64,000 bases of DNA. Source: Paraspadella gotoi. Its lineage: Eukaryota > Animalia > Chaetognatha. Positions 54,833-64,000 of this stretch are shown piece after piece. The stretch covers positions 20,099,657-20,163,656 of the forward strand of contig CM119266.1 in assembly GCA_051294375.1 (NCBI GenBank), written 5' to 3'. Position 1 is the first letter of the stretch. Every line of letters starts with the position of its first letter. A program made the position numbers and the translations under genes. The notes beneath the pieces are model-generated. The model saw nothing but the letters and a program-made list of their open reading frames with translations. It was not told where the DNA came from and did no database searches.

Positions 54833-57216
54833 TCAGAGACCGGACATCGATCTGATCCATCTCCTGCGAATAAAAAAAATTTAAGAAATTTTAGAAATTT
54901 TAAAGGTTATTTTTTAGTTAATGAATTATAAACTAGTAATTAACTAGGAGAAATTTTGTTGTATATTGTTATACTTTTGTAATTATGTGATAATCGACCA
55001 AATAAAGTAACTGTTTTCAAACAATCGTATCATTTCTGGTTCTAGTTAATAAGTAAAAAACCACTAGAAAATCGACTCTTTAATCTCGCTGAATATATCC
55101 TCGTTCAAACAAGTCTGAGCACAATCTTCCCACAACTTCCACGATCATTAGCGTTAATTATTAAATTAAATAAATAAAAAAATATTAAAATAAGAAAATA
55201 AATAAATATTTAATTAATTAATAATTGATAACACTAAATAATAATAATAATTAATTAATTAATTAACTGTTAAGATTCGCATTGTTTGCTCAAACTTGTC
55301 TGTTTTTAAGTTTTTTTCGTCAGTTCACTGACCAGAACGACAAAAGTAACGACGACGATGATGGAGGATGACGACGACGATAACCCCGACGTCGATTGGT
55401 TGAGTGATTGATTTATTAATTATAATATTAATTGTTTGATAAATTAATTGATTGAATAATTGATTGATAGATTAACTGATTGATTAATTAATTAATTGAT
55501 TAATTAATGCAGCTTACATTTACATTTAATATAAAAAAATCATAAACAAATGAAACAGGTTTTTGGTTTTTTTCCATTTCAACTCATTTCCACTCGGACG
55601 ATTACATCCGGACGATTTCCAGCTCAATCACATACTTTCATACCCACATACAAAATTTAAGTCAATCGGCCCATCCACTCATGAGGAATTGATGTTTAAA
55701 GCTAAGGCGGGACGGACAGACAGACAGACGGACGGACGGACGGACATACATTTTTTTGCATAATTTATCATAATTCGATGTTATGACATGATTTAAGTGA
55801 CTTACCGACAATATTTTGCGGTGGGGCCGACGGGCCGACAAAGTGAATCGGTGAGCCGGAATCTGCCGTAAGCTTATTTTTTTACGACATATGTACCTGA
55901 AAGCGGCGACTTCGGTAAAGACGCCCGGCTTTCCAGAACATGTAGATGGGCCAAAGGAAACGACGCCAATTACGTCGTAAGTCCCCTCCTTGTTGGGGCA
56001 GACCAAGGGACCGCCGGAATCCCCCATGCAAGCAGACCATCCCTGTCTCGGTTCTCCAAATCCTACCACGCCTGAAGGTCGAACAAGTCGCTGTTATTAT
56101 AGCTGTAATTAGAAGCGTTCATGGTTCATGCTTTCAGTTTACCATCAGGCAAGCTGTAGTATTGCTGCCTCATTTCACTTGCACCCCAAATTCTACCGGA
56201 GACCTTCTGCAGTTGATTGGCCGGAGTTGCGGGGTAACGCCTCACGAGTCCCCAGCCCGAGAGGAGGCAATTTTGAGTTCCACGGTAGTCCTCGCCCGGA
56301 GCAGGCAAACACGCCAGTCCTAATTCGCAAAGGGCCAGGGTTTTGTTATTCATTAAACGCGCAGATCACCGAAAAGTAAGAAAATTGGTACAACTAATAT
56401 AAAAATTAATCCACTTATTTAATAAATGAGGTGTCTTGCCCCTGACTTTGGACAGCCTATATAAGGCACTAAGAGCGTTCTCACCGGCATAGGGTCCGGA
56501 AATATCCACGGAACTCGAGAGCTTCAAGAGGGCGATATCATTGGAGAACTGTTTCGGATAATTGTACTGCGAATGGAGAATAACGCGGGACACGCTGTAA
56601 TCTCTTTCGGTGCCATCCCTAGATCTTTGCTTCCATTCTCCAACACGGATCTAAGAACGAGAGTGAAGGTTAATCTATGTTTGAATATTACTCGTTACTC
56701 TTCTTTATTCGGTTTGGCATTGGAGCATTTTTCTTACGACGTAGCTGCTAGGATTCCTCGATTGACCAAAGCAATGAGCCGCGCATAGAATCCATTGCTT
56801 ATATAAAAAAAAAAGGTAACATATAAAAAACAAGATTGAACAATATAAACATAAAAACAATGATGTCGCGGATTACAGGGCTAATTAGAGTCCCGCCACA
56901 GATGTGGCCGCCGTACTTCGTTCTCAGCGAAACTTGCCAGGGGAATTCTCCAGAACCTGCATTGACGCCGTTGATGATTCGGCTGGACGGACCCTTCTTG
57001 CCACATTCTGTAAAGCATTAATTAATCGTCTCGTAACAACATGAATGTATTTTTTTTTTAACCAAAAACATTGATTCTTAGATTATTATCATACTGATCC
57101 TATACTAATAAGCTTAAATCACAGACAAAAATTGATAACTGAATTTCTCATAACTTACGCTGGTAAGCCGTGGCGCTCACGACCAAAAGAGCCAGTAAAC
57201 AAAAGGCAACTTTCAT
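54833..57216 (-). CDS. Secreted S1A serine protease, chymotrypsin-like specificity
   Basis: 7 exons. Signal peptide [17 protein letters not shown]; CGKKGPSSR|IINGVNA activation site; [31 protein letters not shown]; Ser at position 189; last exon RWIRSMSGL*. Confidence 0.92.
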
Positions 57217-58260
57217 TGTAAATTTTTTACTAAAGGAGTGGACACAAGACAGTGAACGTTTCTCTTTGGGCTATCATATTTATAGTCTGCAAAAGTGACT
57301 AGTTTGCGAAAACGAATGGCAACATCAGGTGCATAAAAAGCGCTATCTAAGAAACTTTTTTTAAAAAACAATTGAAAAGAATGAATCAATGATGCTCTGT
57401 TTTTTTGCAAAATTATCTTTATCCGGTGACTTTGATTTTATTTTTGTGTTGAATTAATTTGAGCACCTGAAAAATTCTCAAGATCTTGATATCTCCAGCC
57501 GTCGCGCAGAAATCTAACTAAAACTTTTCCAGAGCTAATGGTAATAGTTAATACTTGATAGGTATTTTTATTTTTTCTGCATCAGTTATCAAACAATTAA
57601 TTTGCTCTTTTGTACTTGGTTTGATAAATCGTAAAATTTTCCATTTGGATTTATTAGAAAATATTTTCACGCCTCAGTAAAATTGAACCCTTAAAATTAA
57701 ACACACAGACGAAATAAAGCGGCGGCTCAGTGGACTAATAATGCACCATCCCGGCGTAAGTCCCTGTTTGTATCCTGAGGTTCTCATGTAGTGAGTGGGA
57801 CAGACCGGTTAAATTCTTGGTATGCACAGACCTGTAGCAAGAAAATCTGGACTACTTGAGCATTGAACAAGCTGTCTCTTTGTAAAAGCAAGCACATACG
57901 CAGTTTCACAAGCAGCTTTCTACGACTCGCCTCTCTCTTCTGCATGAGGGTCGTGTCTTTGAGTAACCCCAAAAAGTGAAGCCTCAACTCGAATCGTCAT
58001 TTTTTGCTCGCAAACAAGCGGATTGTAACTTAATCGTATGACATTCCGTTCCTGACATCACTCTTTACGCAAATATCATTAATTCGATTAAAGATATCCA
58101 ATAAATCGCTAAGCGATAGTTAAGTGTTTTAATGGCGGACAGAAAAATTATTAGGTTGAAGAATGTATTAATGTTACTAACAAAAAAAGGTTAACATATT
58201 TGGTAAATGATTTTAATCCATTTGTAAGCGGAGATTGATTCCCGAAAAAGCAAGTTTCAA

Positions 58261-58878
<618 letters not shown>

Positions 58879-59216
58879 GTTTTGGTCTGTGATCGAGCGA
58901 GACAACCGTCTTTATTAAGGGGACATATAATGGATGAATTGTAAAAGCGAAAGCAAAAAATTGTGTGAGAATCGAGGACGATGAGGACGACGACAACAAC
59001 GACGAGGTTGAACTCGGGCTCGAACGGCACGGAGGTCTTCTGTCAAAATCTCGCTGCTCCGCGGGATTAAGAGAAGACGAGATTCGTTTTTGAGTCTAAA
59101 TCAGAGACGCGCTTGAATTCTTTCGAATCTGCGGCCGAGGATCTCCGATATTTCGTTAAGGAAAGAAAAAAAAACCCATCAAGAATCGGACAAGAGCCGA
59201 AACCGAATGAAAGAAG

Positions 59217-60626
59217 ATGTCCGTCATCGCGGCCATTCAGGAACTTCTCTTGAACGACGTCTGGATCGACGATGCCGTCGATCGATTCAACAGAAAGTAC
59301 ATGGTGACGCTGATGCTCTTCTTTCTCGGTCTCATCACCGTCGGCCAATTCGTCCGTGGGGACGAGATCCAGTGCTACTCCCCGCCCTATCTCTCCGACA
59401 TGCAGAGCGAATACGCGCTAAGCATCTGCTGGACCAAGGGCACCACGACGCTCTACCCGAAAGGCACCAAAAGCGCGCGTAGTTATGAGGCCGACGCCGT
59501 TGCCTTCCAGCGAATGCTGCGTCCCGAAGATGCCCGTCCGGACTCCCTCGCCCACGACGCGCGCTTCTACGTGGGCCCACACCACGCTGGAGAGTCGGTG
59601 CCAATCACTTACTACCAGTGGATCCCGCTCATTCTCGCCCTCATGGCGCTGCTCTTCCACGCTCCCTACATCCTTTGGAACGTCTTCGTGCGCGGAAGCG
59701 GCGTTCCGCTCAAGTCGCTCGTGTCAGCAGCGAAGGAGGCGTCGTCGGTGCAGCCGGACGGCGGGACGAGGGACGGCTACGTTAACGACATCGTTTACCG
59801 GTTGACGGCGCACTTGGAGCGCGGGAAGCGGCGACGGAGGGCGATCATCTGCGGCAAGTCCTTTCTCTACCTGATGTACTTGTTTGTGAAGACGCTGTAC
59901 TTGGGATCCGTGTCCGCATGCCTCTTGCTTCTTTACGCATTTTGCGGTCAAAACGAATACTTTTCCGTGTGGCATCACGGAGTTTGGGTTGCCAAGCGGC
60001 TGGTCCTCGACTACTCCTGGCCGCAGTCGCCACTCTTTCCTTTGGAGACCCAATGCACGTTTCTGGCTGAGCGTCAGGGCGCCCCGCACGCCCACGTGAT
60101 GCAGTGCGCGATGCCGCTAAATCTTTATAACGATAAAATCTTCGCCATATTTTCGATTCTCTTTCCTTTGGTTTTTTTGCTCAATCTGGTTTCACTCATA
60201 CGTTGGACTTGGAACAATTCCTACTTTGGAAGAAAAGATTTCGTTCGCGACCACGTCGACGAGGAGGCGGAGGCTGCGCCCGCGGCCTCGATCACCCGTT
60301 TCGCCGAGGACGTTCTCGGACGCGACGGTTGCTTCGTGCTGCAGGTGATCCGCATCAACGTCGGGGATTTCGTGGTGGACAGAGTCATGACCCGGATGTG
60401 GAACAACTTTAAGGATCGAGATCCGATTCCCGGCAGCGAAGCAGACTTCCTCGTACCAGGGGCGCCGCCACCCCCGACTCCCCCACAGGACAACGACAAG
60501 AGGAAGCCGTCGAAGGGGTTGTTAGAGATCGATGATAGCGGGGAGAAAATGGGACGAGGGTTTCGTTCGGGACTCAATAAGTTGCTCCACCCTTCAATCG
60601 GCAACAACAAAAGTGTCTTGCTTTGA
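59217..60626 (+). CDS. Innexin (gap-junction protein), intronless CDS
   Basis: DDAVDRFN N-terminus, IQCYSP..ICW extracellular cysteines, YYQWIPLIL signature, FP..TQC..QC.MPLNLYNDKIF, four TM segments. Confidence 0.95.
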   Translation: MSVIAAIQELLLNDVWIDDAVDRFNRKYMVTLMLFFLGLITVGQFVRGDEIQCYSPPYLSDMQSEYALSICWTKGTTTLYPKGTKSARSYEADAVAFQRMLRPEDARPDSLAHDARFYVGPHHAGESVPITYYQWIPLILALMALLFHAPYILWNVFVRGSGVPLKSLVSAAKEASSVQPDGGTRDGYVNDIVYRLTAHLERGKRRRRAIICGKSFLYLMYLFVKTLYLGSVSACLLLLYAFCGQNEYFSVWHHGVWVAKRLVLDYSWPQSPLFPLETQCTFLAERQGAPHAHVMQCAMPLNLYNDKIFAIFSILFPLVFLLNLVSLIRWTWNNSYFGRKDFVRDHVDEEAEAAPAASITRFAEDVLGRDGCFVLQVIRINVGDFVVDRVMTRMWNNFKDRDPIPGSEADFLVPGAPPPPTPPQDNDKRKPSKGLLEIDDSGEKMGRGFRSGLNKLLHPSIGNNKSVLL

Positions 60627-61908
60627 ATAATAATGTAATTTCTTGTAACCAAATAATTTATATGTACAGTCGAGCAGCAGATAGTATTTGTATAGACTAT
60701 AGTAGCATCCTAGATCCTAGATTTTAGATTGAACCAATATTGAAATACTATTGAACTACTCACTACTATGCCATGTTTAAAAATGGTTTTCTTTGTCTAT
60801 CTCTTTCATGTTCATGTAAATCAGTCGTTTTAAATTAAGCCAGTATGACTATGAGTTCCTATTTTCTGTCTTTAATCATTGGTTTTTAAAGTTTTGTATC
60901 TTAGAATCGTTCGTAATATATAAATAAATACATAACATCAGAAAGATGTCATTTTGGCTCAATACGATGAGAAAATATGTTTTCGCTTTATCTGTATATT
61001 TTTTACAGCCAAATCTCCCGAAAAAAACCTTTAGATTCCAAATTACAGATGATTTAATCTTCTTTGTTATCCTTATAAGTTTAATCATCCAATATTTAAA
61101 GTTCATCATCTTTTATCATTAAGCGAGGTGTCAACAAAAAAAATGTCAAATTAAGTAGATCCAGTCAAGGTCAAAAATTCGGGTCGAGCGAGTAAATCGA
61201 GCAGCGCGCGGTTCTGATAACTAATTCAGAGCAAAATAGAAAGATAGAAAGAGTTTCGCCGTAAATAAAAATTATAAAAATTACATTCTATTCAATTCTA
61301 TCGTAAGAGAAAGCGTAGTTCGTCTTTTAAAAGTTGGCAGAAGAAAGCATCAATCCCCCTCATATTTCCCCCCCCTTTTTATTTAGACTATTATAAACAG
61401 ATGATGTTTAACTCTTGAGTTCCCACCCTTGAAAAAAAAAGGGGAGCTCCGCCCATGAGAGAGACGGAGGTTAAACTTAGTTTTTTTTTAAAAAACCGTA
61501 ACGAGCCGAATATGTGGATCTTTAAAGAACCAAGAAAAAATCCCGATTTCGGTCAAACATGTTTGTTTACTTTTGAGAAAATCGTAAACATCAGTCGTAA
61601 TCTTCGTCAGCGTCGTCTTCGTTGTTCTCATCTTACTGTCGTTGTTATGTTTTTCTTTCTTCTTTCTTTCTCCTTCCTTGAAACTGATTTAGCCGGCTTT
61701 TTTGAAACCATGCGTTAATTTTTTGTAAAAAAGTTTTTTTTTTATCATCACAAACGTCAAAACAATGTGTTTTTTAGAGCTAAGAAGGTGGAAATTGAAC
61801 ATTTGAACACAAAACCTAAAACGAGATCAATGAGTTCGAATTTTTGAAAAGCCAAAAACTACCTACTTTTGATTATTTGAAATATTCATCTTAATCATTT
61901 GGGGAAAA

Positions 61909-64000
61909 ATGAGGAACTTTTATGTCTTTCTACGACTTTTCCGAATACTTCAAAAACTCTTTGTTGGTATCACCATCTTCCTCTTCATCCTCTTTCTCAC
62001 CAAATACTACTCATATTTAGATTCACGGCAAAGATACTACACATTAACCGGTGAATTTGAACCAACGCTAAACAATTACTCGGTTTAATACTGTCTGCTT
62101 TATCATAATAAGAAACATTTAAGAAAAAGGAAATAATAAAAAGATAGCTTTAAAAAAAAAAACACGAAAAAGCCGACAGACAAAAGGTTTCAATTAAATA
62201 TATATATAGTTAAATAATAGTTATACTCACTTTCGATCCGAACGCTCTTCTCTTGTTTCGCGTAGGCTTCGACCGCGCATCAAGTCGACGTCTCTTCCAC
62301 GAGCATCACCGACGCATCGTTGACGACGTCAATTCGATCGTCGAGGGAAACTGGACAGCGAAACTCTACCCTCGGTTCCAAGACCCACAGTTTGACCCTT
62401 GGAGCCTCTTGGGCAATCTCCCAGGTGGGTTAATCAGCATTCCAACATACGAAGAAAAAAAAATCCTTTGCCATGTCGTGACCCGTTGAATACGACCGCT
62501 CCTTAAATCAGCGCCGTAACAGCGCACCGGGCTGACGCTTCATCTCTCGTAAACCAATGGTTCTAGGTTCCAGCCCTTTTCGGAACGGTACTGGAATAAA
62601 AAGAGTAACGGGCCGCTTAAACCGGCGACCTTCTCTCTCCTCTCGGTCACTTCACTGGTGATTGTCGTGAATATGGCAACGCCGTCGAGTTGATAGGCTT
62701 GGCGCATGTTGTAAAGCTTTTTTTTTTTTTTGAGGAGGCCGGGGACGAGTGAGTCGTGATCACTGTATAAGAGTGAATTGTCGTATCCAACGGGTGGTGA
62801 TAGTAAGTCACTACAGCCATTCATTTTTCTTTTCTTCAGATCCTGTCCCGAATCGACTCCGTCGCGTCCGCAGATCCGCAGACGACTCCGTCTACTCCTT
62901 GATCCCAGAGTTTTTCGACTCCAGAGAAAAATGGAGTTTTTGCGATTCGCTCTTCAAGATCCGCGACCAAGGGGCCTGTTCGTCCTGTTGGGCCATCGCC
63001 GCCACTGAGGCAATTTCGGACAGGTGGTGTAAGGGTAAAGGGCCCGGTTTTTTTTTTAACGCAATTGTGGTGACTGAAATATCGGGCTCTGTGTTCCCAG
63101 AACGCACCATTTCCGTGTCTTTATCCCGGAATATAATTTTAAACATATTATTTACCCTAAATATAATAGATTTGAAAAACCAAAAATGAATTATATTAAA
63201 AACCGACCTTCAATTCTTTTGTTTTATTTTAGAATTTGCATCAAGAGCAAAGGAGCACTGCAGCCTTTTCTGTCAACGCAGGACGTGTTATCTTGCTGCA
63301 AAACTTGCGGAAATGGATGTTCCGGGGGCTACATCTCAGCCGCTTGGGAGTATTTTGTCAAGGACGGCATAGTCACAGGTTAAGATCTCAGTTTTGTGAG
63401 TCGCCGATTGGAAACGACTTTTCTGTCTCTCGGTTCGTAGACATTATTACATTAAAAAATAAAAATTAAAAGATAAAAATTCTAACCATCTAAAACACGC
63501 ATCTTCGGAGATGGAATGAGAATGACAATGCCAAGAGAAATGAAAAAGAGAAAACAAATGTAAGTAATATCAAAATAGTAAATACATTTCAAAGGCGGCC
63601 TTTATAACGAGACTGAAGGGTGCTTGCCCTATCAACTGGAGCCATGCGACCGACATAATAAAACCTCCGCCGCGCGCCCCTTGTGCGGCCCAGACGTTCC
63701 CACGCCGAGGTGCTTTAAGAAATGTCGTCCGGGCTACAACAAAACTTTCGAGGAAGACAAATTCTTCGGTTTTCAAGTATACGAAGTCGTACCAAAGGTG
63801 AACTGAATCCTGAATCTAACCCCTAACTGCAGTAAAATGAATACTGTGTATTCGGTAATGGTTCAGGAAAAAAACAACCTTTCCGACGAAACTCTTTAGG
63901 TTGAAGAGATCCAGCTGGAAATACTATGGCACGGACCTGTTCAAGCCTCGTTCGTTGTCTACCACGACTTCTTCACTTACGAGAACGGGATCTACGAGCA
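61909..64000 (+). CDS. Cathepsin B-like cysteine protease (3' end outside the window)
   Basis: Exons 61909-62050, 62266-62424, 62840-63023, 63233-63378, 63595-63797, 63900->64000. [41 protein letters not shown], occluding-loop PCDRH..RPLC, GPVQASF. The first exon is less certain. Confidence 0.88.
62511..62731 (+). mobile_element. tRNA-derived SINE-like element in cathepsin intron 2
   Basis: TCTCGTAAACC resembles a tRNA-Thr(CGT) anticodon arm, followed by B-box-like GGTTCCAGCCC. Body motif CTCTCGGTCACTTCAC recurs at ~2525-2540; the element ends in a T run. Confidence 0.4.

Overview
Eukaryotic, invertebrate-animal genomic DNA (it encodes an innexin; exons are GC-richer, introns are AT-rich with many (GA)n tracts). 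Exon structures were assembled by hand. Nine protein-coding genes: an intronless orphan type I membrane receptor (582-2216,+), a 9-exon FMRFamide/MIP-receptor-like GPCR (-), kynurenine formamidase (-) head-to-head with a 12-exon alpha-tubulin (+), a matrix metalloproteinase (+), plastin/fimbrin (-), a chymotrypsin-like serine protease (-), an intronless innexin (+) and a cathepsin B-like gene running off the right end (+). The non-coding DNA holds two unrelated miniature LTR retroelements (TRIMs) with 4-bp TSDs. Both share an extended, bipartite tRNA-Trp primer-binding site, and one carries a 72-nt tRNA-like module inside its LTRs. Also present: solo LTRs, a Penelope-like fragment with a minimal hammerhead ribozyme, Tc1/mariner-type MITEs, Helentron/HINE-like repeats and a tRNA-derived SINE-like element. 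Four of about 48 introns need GC donors. All calls are by eye; no database searches were run.
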